A stretch of DNA of 20,000 nt from IMG/VR virus record IMGVR_UViG_3300031216_000010; one strand, given 5' to 3'. Each line of letters opens with the position of its first letter. Position 1 is the first letter of the stretch. This document shows, in pieces, positions 7,707 through 14,769 of the stretch. A model generated the notes under the pieces. The model made no database searches and was not told the origin of the DNA. It saw only the letters and a program-made list of their open reading frames with translations. The translations under genes and the position numbers were made by a program. This DNA is from an uncultured virus (IMG/VR IMGVR_UViG_3300031216_000010). Its lineage: Duplodnaviria; Heunggongvirae; Uroviricota; Caudoviricetes.

Positions 7707-7757
7707 AAGGACACTTTGTCACTTTTCATCTCTATGATCCTCCGGTTTAAAGGACAC
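7691..7757 (+). repeat. Imperfect direct repeat of about 24 bp covering a gene 3' end
   Basis: TGATCCTCCTGTTTAAAAGGACAC (7691-7714) and TGATCCTCCGGTTTAAAGGACAC (7735-7757). Confidence 0.85.
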
Positions 7758-7802
7758 AGTTTTCAGAAATGAAATGAGGCTGTTCGTGGTTCTACCCTTG
7801 AC

Positions 7803-7874
7803 GCCACCATAGCTCAGGGGTAGAGTCCTTGCATGGTAAGCAAGTGGTCGTGAGTTCGAATCTCACTGGTGGCT
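7803..7874 (+). tRNA. tRNA-Thr (anticodon GGT)
   Basis: Acceptor GCCACCA/TGGTGGC, anticodon arm CTTGC-ATGGTAA-GCAAG, T arm GTGAG-TTCGAAT-CTCAC. Confidence 0.93.
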
Positions 7875-7881
7875 TGAGTCT

Positions 7882-7956
7882 GGTACCTGAGGCGAAACTG
7901 GTTTACGCGCCGCACTGTGACTGCGGTTCTAGTGGGTTCGAGTCCCATCAGGTACC
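7882..7956 (+). tRNA. tRNA-His (anticodon GTG) with encoded G-1
   Basis: G-1 plus acceptor GTACCTG/CAGGTAC with C73, anticodon arm CCGCA-CTGTGAC-TGCGG, T arm GTGGG-TTCGAGT-CCCAT. Has A instead of U at position 8. Confidence 0.9.
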
Positions 7957-7964
7957 CTAGCTTT

Positions 7965-8052
7965 GGATTAGCCGATGTACATTACCTTCAGGCAAGAGGT
8001 TAATGAATCCGGCGACTTGGGTCGTAAGGCTCGCAATAGTTTCGGTTGATCT
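7965..8052 (+). ncRNA. Candidate 88-nt multi-stem RNA directly after tRNA-His
   Basis: Closing stem GGATTAGCCGA/TCGGTTGATCT (11 bp with G-U pairs) encloses three hairpins. No tRNA T-loop. Confidence 0.4.
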
Positions 8053-8123
8053 CGTGCCTTCCCCCGGTACCATTCTCCGATGCTAGGCTGCATTTCTTAG
8101 AGACCGTTAGACGAGACCTTGCT

Positions 8124-8375
8124 ATGTACCTGCCGGAAGAGGACTTTTTGGAGTTCGCAAAGGAATATGTCACGGCGGCGGGCAGTTCCTTAGATGAAGT
8201 GACCTTCCAGAAAGGAAGTTCGGCCCTTGGGCTTGTGGACATCTCAGGGATGGTTTGCGTACAATGCAGGCAAGACCCGCTTGGGTATGAGATATTCGAG
8301 TTTGAAGATGAAAGCGGGGAGAAGGTTCTTTTGATGAACTGTCGGATGACCTCTAGGTGGGTGTCCGTCCAGTAA
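8124..8375 (+). CDS. Hypothetical protein (about 83 aa)
   Basis: Same frame as the track ORF 8046..8375. ATG 8124 is preferred because the TTG start lies inside the RNA stem. Acidic, and fills the gap between tRNAs. Confidence 0.6.
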   Translation: MYLPEEDFLEFAKEYVTAAGSSLDEVTFQKGSSALGLVDISGMVCVQCRQDPLGYEIFEFEDESGEKVLLMNCRMTSRWVSVQ

Positions 8376-8377
8376 GT

Positions 8378-8450
8378 GCCACTGTAGCTCAATTGGAAGA
8401 GCAGCCGCCTTGTAAGCGGCAGGTTATCGGTTCGAGTCCGATTAGTGGCT
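8378..8450 (+). tRNA. tRNA-Thr (anticodon TGT)
   Basis: Acceptor GCCACTG/TAGTGGC, D stem GCTC/GAGC, anticodon arm GCCGC-CTTGTAA-GCGGC, T arm ATCGG-TTCGAGT-CCGAT. Confidence 0.95.
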
Positions 8451-8452
8451 TT

Positions 8453-8818
8453 TCACTCTACAGGCGAAGCGTGCCCTGCTTCGAGCAGCACTTGGTTGAG
8501 GGAGAGGTAGCGTTCCCCTTCTTCGGGTTCGGTGGGCGTTATCTCTACTAACCACCACCCATATTTACCTGTACCCTTGTGGGATACGACCCGTACCACT
8601 TCCCCTTGCTTTTCAAACCACTTTTCGGTGAAGGCCGATGCCAGCTTCCCTTGTGCGTACTCCTCACTAGAGTGTTTGACCCCATAGACCTCTGGGGTGT
8701 CTACCCCGAGAAGTCTCGCCCTTATCTGTATGTAGGTTCGGAAGCCGAGGTCAATGCGCAGGTCCACAGTGTCCCCATCAACGACTCGTACTAAAGTAGC
8801 TTGGTATTCCCAGATCAC
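8453..8818 (-). CDS. Thermonuclease (SNase-like) family protein
   Basis: 'Y.A.LVRVVDGDTVD..IDLGF......RARLLGVDTPE' and 'GKYG.WL...LNQVLLEAGHA'. AGGAGA SD before the GTG start. No signal peptide. Confidence 0.88.
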   Translation of the reverse strand: MIWEYQATLVRVVDGDTVDLRIDLGFRTYIQIRARLLGVDTPEVYGVKHSSEEYAQGKLASAFTEKWFEKQGEVVRVVSHKGTGKYGWWLVEITPTEPEEGERYLSLNQVLLEAGHASPVE

Positions 8819-8830
8819 GTAATTCTCCTG

Positions 8831-8859
8831 TTGGAAGTTACCTTACCCTGTGGTATAAG
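8831..8859 (+). promoter_or_regulatory. sigma70-like promoter for the tRNA-Leu pair
   Basis: TTGGAA (8831-8836), 17-nt spacer, TATAAG (8854-8859), with an extended TG at 8851-8852. Confidence 0.45.
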
Positions 8860-8875
8860 GGGATAACCACATCAC

Positions 8876-8956
8876 GCCGGAGTGGTGGAATGGCAGACAC
8901 GCCGGATTCAAAATCCGGTGCCTTCGGGCGTGCGGGTTCGAGTCCCGCCTCCGGTA
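8876..8956 (+). tRNA. tRNA-Leu (anticodon CAA)
   Basis: Acceptor GCCGGAG/CTCCGGT, A73, anticodon arm CCGGA-TTCAAAA-TCCGG, variable arm GCC-TTCG-GGC, T arm GCGGG-TTCGAGT-CCCGC. Confidence 0.96.
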
Positions 8957-8965
8957 CTTATGACT

Positions 8966-9048
8966 GCGGGTGTGGTGGAATGGTATACACATGGGACTTA
9001 AAATCCCACGGCTTAACGGCCTTGAGGGTTCGAATCCCTCCACCCGCA
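8966..9048 (+). tRNA. tRNA-Leu (anticodon TAA)
   Basis: Acceptor GCGGGTG/CACCCGC, A73, anticodon arm TGGGA-CTTAAAA-TCCCA, long variable arm, T arm GAGGG-TTCGAAT-CCCTC. Confidence 0.96.
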
Positions 9049-9076
9049 CTAGTGTTTTAATCAAGAGAGAAGACCA

Positions 9077-9611
9077 ATGCAAAAAGTTTCACTAGAGTCC
9101 CCTTTCGCCGGTACGTCGAGTGACCCGGTAGAGAAGAAAGCGCAGGAATGTACGGTATGCCCGAGCTTGTATGAGGGACAGCCTTCTAAAGGGGGAGGCC
9201 CCGTACGCTTCTCACCTCCTGTATACGCAGGAAGGCATCTTGGATGATGACATTCTTGAGGAGCGGACACAAGGTATTGACGCCGGTCTAATCTGGGGCG
9301 CAGAGGCGGACAAGACTGTGATCTACGTGGACCGTGGCTTTTCGCGAGGTATGAGGTATGGTGTAGCAAATGCTCTCGCAGCAGACCGCCCGCTGGAATT
9401 CCGAGTCCTACCTGATTACTTCCAAGAATTCGGCACCACGAGCGTTGTCGACCGCCGCATTCTCTCTGAGTTCCCTGTCAAAGACGTAGACTCACTCCTG
9501 AAAGGCTTTATCGCAGACCTACAGAAGGTCGGAAAGTTGCCCGGAGAAGACTTCGCAGAAGACGTATTCGCCCTTTTCAACACCACCCCAACACAGGACA
9601 CTGCAGCATGA
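9077..9611 (+). pseudogene. Conserved phage protein (DUF4406/nucleoside deoxyribosyltransferase-like fold), frameshifted near 9137
   Basis: ATG 9077 gives MQKVSLESPFAG...VEKK. The +1 frame gives RRNVRYARACMRDSLLKGEAPYASHLLYTQ...GIDAGL.W....VIYVDRGFSRGM.YG. 'ESP[FY]AG...RN..YARAC.RD.L..GEAP.ASHLLY' is one continuous family pattern. Confidence 0.7.
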
Positions 9612-11023
9612 CTCCCCAATATCACCAAGATTTCATCGAAGCTTATGGTCAAGAGATTTTCGACTCCATTTCGGCGGCTGTAGAGGCCAATGATCTGCCA
9701 CGAGTTGCGGCCAGCCTCGTCTACCTCGTCGAAATGTGTGAGGAGGTGCTGTTCCACAATACCAAGTTCGACCTGATCGGGACAAGGCTATACGGTTTTA
9801 CTCATAACCGTGAGCAGAACTCTCTGAATATGAACTACCTTCTCTACCATGAAGTGGCAGGGCAGTTGGATTACCGGACGATGGCGAGTGCTCTTTCCCG
9901 GTTCATGGCGCATGATTTCAACTCTAGCACGTTCCGTGACCTTCATATTCAACCACTTCAGTCGGTTATACCCGTCCTGTTCAACGTATTTTTTGAAGAG
10001 GTTCGGGTATTAGAAGTGCCTCATCGGGACTCCCGCGGCCCATTGACTGTAGCAGAAGAGGTTGAATTACTGGACCAGCACAATAAGATGGTTCAAGCGC
10101 ACCTTAATTACCGTGTGAGTCACCCTGACATTCCCATTACCTCCTACCCGTCAATGGAAGATGCGTTGGAGTCCAAGCGTATCCTAACCTACCAGAGTCT
10201 TAATGAAGACGCACAGGCGGTATACGCAGCTTTTGTCTATCTCAACGCACAAGGTGATAAGTACACCCATGCGGACATTGAACGTCTCACTGGCCTAAAC
10301 CGGGGCACCGTTCGGAGTACGACTCAGTACCTCACCGACCGTAGGTTCATTGTACGCAACCCGAGCCAGCGGTACCACACCACCGACATTACGTTTGACT
10401 ACCTCACCGTGGAAGAGGCATCAAACGTACTGAATACCTACCTTTACCGTAACGGTGATTACGAGAACCTGTCGTGGATGGAGACAGCGATCCTCTCGAC
10501 ACTCGTGACTACGGAAGAGGTCGGGACGCCTATTCAAACCAACCTATCGGTCCTTACTCGCCGTGCGACGAACGGTAATTGGGCTAAGAGCAACGGAGAC
10601 GTCAGTTCGGCAGTCTCGTCCCTCGTTATGCGGGGGGTTATCGAGAAAGACATTTCCTCGAAGCCTTACACGTATACTGTACTTGTCAGTGACCTGTCGG
10701 AAGACACGGTGCTTCGGAATGTCAAAGAGGAAGACCGCTCTGAGTTAGAGTCGCTTGGCTACCGTCTTCCAGAGGCTGTGTCTCAGGATGCCCCTGTGTC
10801 TCAGACGGTGGATGCAGGAAAAGTGACGCTCAAGCCTGTGTCCCAGCTTACGGAGGACATGGCAGCAGACACCGGGTCCAAAGAAGTAACCCTCCTTTCC
10901 GTGTTGAGAGACACCATTCAGGGCTTGTTTTCAGGTCAGAGGTCGGTTACTATCCCGGAGTGCACCATGACTCTTGATGCTGAGGAGGGCGTGACGATCC
11001 GCTTCACACCTTCCAAAGACTAA
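9608..11023 (+). CDS. Hypothetical protein with two winged-helix-like DNA-binding segments (471 aa)
   Basis: Long ORF with an ATGA overlap. 'YTHADIERLTGLNRGTVRSTTQYLTDRRFI' and 'DVSSAVSSLVMRGVIEKDISSKPYTY' resemble TrmB/MarR-type winged helices. Confidence 0.75.
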   Translation: MTPQYHQDFIEAYGQEIFDSISAAVEANDLPRVAASLVYLVEMCEEVLFHNTKFDLIGTRLYGFTHNREQNSLNMNYLLYHEVAGQLDYRTMASALSRFMAHDFNSSTFRDLHIQPLQSVIPVLFNVFFEEVRVLEVPHRDSRGPLTVAEEVELLDQHNKMVQAHLNYRVSHPDIPITSYPSMEDALESKRILTYQSLNEDAQAVYAAFVYLNAQGDKYTHADIERLTGLNRGTVRSTTQYLTDRRFIVRNPSQRYHTTDITFDYLTVEEASNVLNTYLYRNGDYENLSWMETAILSTLVTTEEVGTPIQTNLSVLTRRATNGNWAKSNGDVSSAVSSLVMRGVIEKDISSKPYTYTVLVSDLSEDTVLRNVKEEDRSELESLGYRLPEAVSQDAPVSQTVDAGKVTLKPVSQLTEDMAADTGSKEVTLLSVLRDTIQGLFSGQRSVTIPECTMTLDAEEGVTIRFTPSKD

Positions 11024-11035
11024 CGGGAAACTGCT

Positions 11036-11140
11036 ATGGAACATTTAGCCTTCTGCTACTGGACATTCTGTTACGGGATGATGGCTATCGGCGCATTGAT
11101 TAGTGCTGTTCGGCTGGGTAAGTTCGGTCGGTTCCTTTAG
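11036..11140 (+). CDS. Small membrane peptide (34 aa)
   Basis: MEHLAFCYWTFCYGMMAIGALISAVRLGKFGRFL*. GGGA SD, one hydrophobic segment with a basic tail, directly before a terminator. Confidence 0.5.
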   Translation: MEHLAFCYWTFCYGMMAIGALISAVRLGKFGRFL

Positions 11141-11157
11141 GCAGTCCTCTTTAAATT

Positions 11158-11197
11158 AAAGCCCCCTCCTGTGTTTGGGAGGGGGCTTTTTGTTTTT
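11158..11197 (+). terminator. Rho-independent terminator
   Basis: Perfect 12-bp stem AAAGCCCCCTCC/GGAGGGGGCTTT, whose 3' arm runs into a T-rich tract (TTTTTGTTTTT). Confidence 0.9.
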
Positions 11198-11225
11198 GAC
11201 AGCATTTACTTGTGTGCGGTACCCT
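11196..11225 (+). promoter_or_regulatory. sigma70-like promoter
   Basis: Consensus TTGACA (11196-11201), 18-nt spacer, TACCCT (11220-11225), directly after the terminator. Confidence 0.55.
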
Positions 11226-11233
11226 TCTAGACA

Positions 11234-12208
11234 ATGAGGGCCTATGATGGGCTGGACCTTGCTGCGCCTCAGATTGGAATCCAAACAATACCAACGACTC
11301 CAGAGAAAGCTATGAGCCTTGATTCTGACTTGAAAATCTCTGATATCGTTTATGTGAAATTCCAAACCCGTAAGCGGGAAGGTGATGAGTACATTCTTGG
11401 TTTCATGACCCCTTACGACCCCAACGACGCCGCCTTCAAGGATCGGAAAGTGACGGTCGATAGGTGGTCAGAGGGGTGGTCAAAGGAGGGTAAGAACATC
11501 CTCAATAGCGCCTCTTGGGTGGGGGTTAACGAGTCCCTAACGGGCTTTAAGATTCTCCATACGGTAAGTCGCTCTCGCACCTCGAATAAGGTCTGGCGGG
11601 TGCTAGACCCCCGTGGGTTTGAGCTAGAGATTATGACTGAGAATCTTGATTTCTTGTTCAACCATTGCGATGTCAAAGACCGCGTGCTTCAAGGCAGTCT
11701 TATCTGGCTCACTCGCTTTAGGGGAGGAACGAATTGGCTGGTGCCAGAAGGCCATCCGGCTACAGGCCCAGCCCGTGTCCTCTCTGAGTCCAAGAGGAAA
11801 GCCAAGACGGGGGAGACGCTACGCCTCTCTGACATTGACCGAGGGGATACCGTGCGCCTTGGTGATGGTCGCCTTGTGCGCTACTACGGCTCGATGTGGT
11901 CGGAGCTAATTATTCACTACGGCAGTTCTCTTATTAAAAGGCATCAGTGGTTTGAGGTTCTGGACACCGAGTCCAATCGAATGTTGGGCGAATTGGGGTG
12001 CAGGAAGCAGGGATCGGGGCTAGACTTCATGACTTCTTTGACTGTGGTCGAAAGAGTGGAAGAGTCTCCTATGACGGACGAGGAAGCGGAAATGCACGTC
12101 AATGAACTTCTCGGAACCCCTAATAAAAAGATGGCCAGCACCTCGTTTGTCCGGTGCAAGAAATTCAGGAGAGAGGACTTGGTACCGGCAAGCTCGATTG
12201 CCAGCTAG
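11234..12208 (+). CDS. Conserved phage hypothetical protein (alternative start ATG 11312)
   Basis: Long ORF. 'LGFMTP......RK.TVDRW...GF.I...VSR..TSNKVWRV.DPRGFELEI..ENL' is a pattern I recall from large-phage proteins of unknown function. Confidence 0.75.
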   Translation: MRAYDGLDLAAPQIGIQTIPTTPEKAMSLDSDLKISDIVYVKFQTRKREGDEYILGFMTPYDPNDAAFKDRKVTVDRWSEGWSKEGKNILNSASWVGVNESLTGFKILHTVSRSRTSNKVWRVLDPRGFELEIMTENLDFLFNHCDVKDRVLQGSLIWLTRFRGGTNWLVPEGHPATGPARVLSESKRKAKTGETLRLSDIDRGDTVRLGDGRLVRYYGSMWSELIIHYGSSLIKRHQWFEVLDTESNRMLGELGCRKQGSGLDFMTSLTVVERVEESPMTDEEAEMHVNELLGTPNKKMASTSFVRCKKFRREDLVPASSIAS

Positions 12209-12278
12209 CCTACGAACTTGACGGGAAGACCTATAAGAGGCATACCTGCTCTGGGGAAGATACGGGTCGGAGAAGACG

Positions 12279-12497
12279 ATGGACAGGATGAAAGAAGGAG
12301 ATGCCCGCCTTGTGTGGGAAGTGTTTTCGGGCGACTTTGTGTTCCGGCAGTTCTCTTACGACGACATCAAAGAGGCCATTGAGTACGCTCAGGGAAAGCA
12401 TCCTGAAGCTCCAAGGTACGAGGGGGATGGGGTCGCCGGCGCAACCGTCCGGTCGAAAGTTATACCCGCAGGCCAAGACCTGTACAGCTACCGATGA
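12279..12497 (+). CDS. Hypothetical protein (72 aa)
   Basis: GGAGA SD and an ATGA overlap with the next gene. Confidence 0.6.
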   Translation: MDRMKEGDARLVWEVFSGDFVFRQFSYDDIKEAIEYAQGKHPEAPRYEGDGVAGATVRSKVIPAGQDLYSYR

Positions 12498-12814
12498 CCT
12501 CTAAGTCTGACATACGAGCCGAGTTCCGAAAGGCTGTATTTAGCCGAGACAATTACACCTGTGTGACGTGTGGTGTATCGGAGAGCGATATAGCCAAACT
12601 AGACGCCCACCACATTACCGACCGGAATGAGATGCCTAATGGTGGGTACGTGGTTGAAAATGGCATCTCCCTGTGCCCCGATTGTCACCTCAAGGCTGAG
12701 GTTTACCACCAGAGTGGTGGTTGGGATTGGGAAAAAGGCTTCCACCCTAACTCACTCTACTACCTGATCGGGTCAACGCCCGAAGAAGCGGCTGTGGCCA
12801 GCGAGAAATTATGA
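12494..12814 (+). CDS. HNH endonuclease
   Basis: 'FRKAVFSRDNYTCVTCG....LDAHHI.........NGISLCPDCH' is a zinc-binding HNH motif. Confidence 0.9.
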   Translation: MTSKSDIRAEFRKAVFSRDNYTCVTCGVSESDIAKLDAHHITDRNEMPNGGYVVENGISLCPDCHLKAEVYHQSGGWDWEKGFHPNSLYYLIGSTPEEAAVASEKL

Positions 12815-13335
12815 AGATCGAGACTCTATTCAAGACCAAATGGCTGGCCTTGCGTCGTGTGTTTCTAGATGACCCCGAAGTCCAGTATGACTTCGTACAC
12901 GCCACCCATTCTAATGGGGAGGCAGTGGCTATCCTACCTTACCGCCTTGAAGAGGGGCGAGTAGAGTACCTTCTTCGGAAAGAACTGGTACCGCCGTGGT
13001 CGTTAGAGCTTTCCCCCTGTGGCGTCACAGGCAGCATGGAGAGCGGCTACACGCCTCTACAGATGGCAGTAGTGGAACTTAAGGAAGAAACCGGGTACAC
13101 TGTCGGTGAGGAGTTGATGGAGTACCGAGGAATGGTCCGCAACTCCAAAGCGTCAACAACACAGATTTACCTGTTCACTGTTGACCTCACAGGGCTTGAA
13201 GCGGGAGAATCCTCGGGAGACGGCTCGGCCTTAGAGGAAATCAGTAGTTCGTATTGGACTACGGATGTGTTTGAGTGTGAGGATGCTATTATCCATGCCG
13301 CCTACGCCAAGCTACTGGTATCCTCTCCCCTTTAG
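12811..13335 (+). CDS. NUDIX hydrolase (ADP-ribose pyrophosphatase-like)
   Basis: Variant Nudix box GSMESGYTPLQMAVVELKEETGY, with upstream 'AVAILP'. Confidence 0.85.
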   Translation: MKIETLFKTKWLALRRVFLDDPEVQYDFVHATHSNGEAVAILPYRLEEGRVEYLLRKELVPPWSLELSPCGVTGSMESGYTPLQMAVVELKEETGYTVGEELMEYRGMVRNSKASTTQIYLFTVDLTGLEAGESSGDGSALEEISSSYWTTDVFECEDAIIHAAYAKLLVSSPL

Positions 13336-13344
13336 GAGGGAGAT

Positions 13345-13803
13345 ATGTCGTTGACCATTGCAGTCGATTTTGACCACACCTACGCAGCAGACCCCGACAC
13401 CTTTTCAAAGGTCGTAGAGACGTTCTTAGAAGCAGGTCATACGGTTCTGTTAGTAACTAAGCGGCACGATGATGAGGGCAAGTTTGCCCAAGAGGTTCAG
13501 GACATCGTGCAGAATGACATCCCTATCATCTTCGTTGGTGGAACCCACACCATTTACAAAGACGAACTGGTCCGGGACGAATACGAGATGACGGTAGACA
13601 TCTGGATTGATGACAAGCCCGAGTTCATACGGTCCCCAGCCCGCATCAAAGAGGAGCTTGACCAGATGATTTTGTCGAAATTTTTGCTGGAAGACGAAAT
13701 GGCATTTCTGCGTGAGTATGTTTTTCACCTTGAAGATGTCGTGAAGGCAGAGGCCAAGCACCTTTGGGATGATCTCAAATCGAAGTTCAAGGGTGACCGG
13801 TGA
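13345..13803 (+). CDS. HAD-superfamily phosphatase (capless, phage type)
   Basis: Motif I IAVDFDHT, motif II LVTKR, motif III K and motif IV IWIDDKP. AGGAGG SD. Confidence 0.85.
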   Translation: MSLTIAVDFDHTYAADPDTFSKVVETFLEAGHTVLLVTKRHDDEGKFAQEVQDIVQNDIPIIFVGGTHTIYKDELVRDEYEMTVDIWIDDKPEFIRSPARIKEELDQMILSKFLLEDEMAFLREYVFHLEDVVKAEAKHLWDDLKSKFKGDR

Positions 13804-14060
13804 CTGCTTTACTTATGCTAGCCATTATAGGATGGGTACTTTTGGTGCTAGGTACTATAGCACACCTGTCAACATACGGACCTGCCTCAATCCACAAGCT
13901 AGGGATAACCCGACCTCTCTTACTCGCTGGGGTGTTTGTCCCTTTCCCTGTAGGTATCTACGTCTTGTGGAGAGTGCACAAGAGAGAGCTTAGGCAGGTA
14001 AACAAACTGCGCCATGATGAGCTAGACAAAGAAATGAAACGACTTGAGGCGGAACTATGA
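13800..14060 (+). CDS. Small membrane protein with two TM segments and a charged C-terminal helix
   Basis: Two hydrophobic stretches, with GTGA and ATGA overlaps at the two ends. Confidence 0.7.
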   Translation: MTALLMLAIIGWVLLVLGTIAHLSTYGPASIHKLGITRPLLLAGVFVPFPVGIYVLWRVHKRELRQVNKLRHDELDKEMKRLEAEL

Positions 14061-14323
14061 GCGTCTTTGACGAGATAAAAGCAGAGCGGCAGCGGCAGAA
14101 AGACAAGTGGGGAGGAGCCGCACATGATGATCACCATTCCACATGGGACTGGATAGTTTTCATTACTAAGCACAACGGGCTGGCAATGGAACCCGGTTCT
14201 CAGGAACGGCTAGACATCCCCTCCTACCGGTATCAGATGGTACGGGTCGCCGCCCTTGCGGTCGCCGCCATCGAATGGTGTGACCGGAACTACCCTGTCC
14301 AAAATGACCCCAATGAGGAATAA
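14057..14323 (+). CDS. Small all-alpha phage protein, MazG/dNTP-pyrophosphohydrolase-like
   Basis: 'EI.AER.RQ..KWG...HDD.H...W........YR..MV.VAALAVAAIE..DR' is a phage family pattern. Function is inferred. Confidence 0.65.
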   Translation: MSVFDEIKAERQRQKDKWGGAAHDDHHSTWDWIVFITKHNGLAMEPGSQERLDIPSYRYQMVRVAALAVAAIEWCDRNYPVQNDPNEE

Positions 14324-14350
14324 TAGAAGCGGTAGCGAAGTTAAGACCTC

Positions 14351-14441
14351 GGAGCGATGAACATGTGGCACGTCAGCCGGTCTTGAAAACCGTGTGTTCG
14401 GTGTGGTAATCGAATTGAGGGTTCAACTCCCTCTCGCTCTT
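14351..14441 (+). tRNA. tRNA-Ser (anticodon TGA), atypical
   Basis: Acceptor GGAGCGA/TCGCTCT, anticodon arm CGGT-CTTGAAA-ACCG, long variable arm, T arm GAGGG-TTCAACT-CCCTC. Weak D arm and U73. Confidence 0.75.
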
Positions 14442-14458
14442 CTTTATGAGGGTTTAAA

Positions 14459-14764
14459 GTGCTGACCATAGGACCATATTGGTCGTGGCTGGATGAGCAG
14501 CCTGATGACGGCGATTGTGATGAAATGCCTGTGTGGTCATGGTACAACGGTGACCTTGTTCCCGCAGAGGGTCTTTCTTTGCATGTTCGGGCAAAGAACC
14601 ATGAGGTTTTGGCTCCTACAAAAACCAAGGGCTTATTAGTGATGCAGAGGTCGTTGCTGACCGACTATGTTTTGTTTTGGTACGACCATACGAGACGTGA
14701 AATCACAGAAGTTCAGGAGTTAATCCTAAAAGAAAAACACGACCTTCCGGTCGTTAAACTTTGA
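14459..14764 (+). CDS. Hypothetical protein (101 aa)
   Basis: GAGGG SD before the GTG start. Fills the gap between the two tRNA-Ser genes almost exactly. Confidence 0.65.
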   Translation: MLTIGPYWSWLDEQPDDGDCDEMPVWSWYNGDLVPAEGLSLHVRAKNHEVLAPTKTKGLLVMQRSLLTDYVLFWYDHTRREITEVQELILKEKHDLPVVKL

Positions 14765-14769
14765 ATCAT

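Noticed and set aside
7691..7757. Direct repeat as a mini-CRISPR array
   Set aside because: Only two imperfect copies with a 20-nt spacer, overlapping a coding 3' end, and no cas genes in the window.
8357..9082. Track ORFs overlapping tRNAs (8357..8551, 8843..9082; also 14341..14628)
   Set aside because: They are translations of tRNA genes or of the antisense strand.
10776..10845. Three CTGTGTCYCAG copies (VSQ repeats)
   Set aside because: Short, irregularly spaced repeats within a low-complexity protein linker.
12494..12814. HNH as an intron- or intein-associated homing element
   Set aside because: It is a free-standing small gene coupled to both neighbours, with no interrupted host gene or splice motifs.
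14326..14343. tRNA 5'-like fragment (GCGGTAGCGAAGTT)
   Set aside because: Too short, with no anticodon or T arm; it cannot be distinguished from chance.
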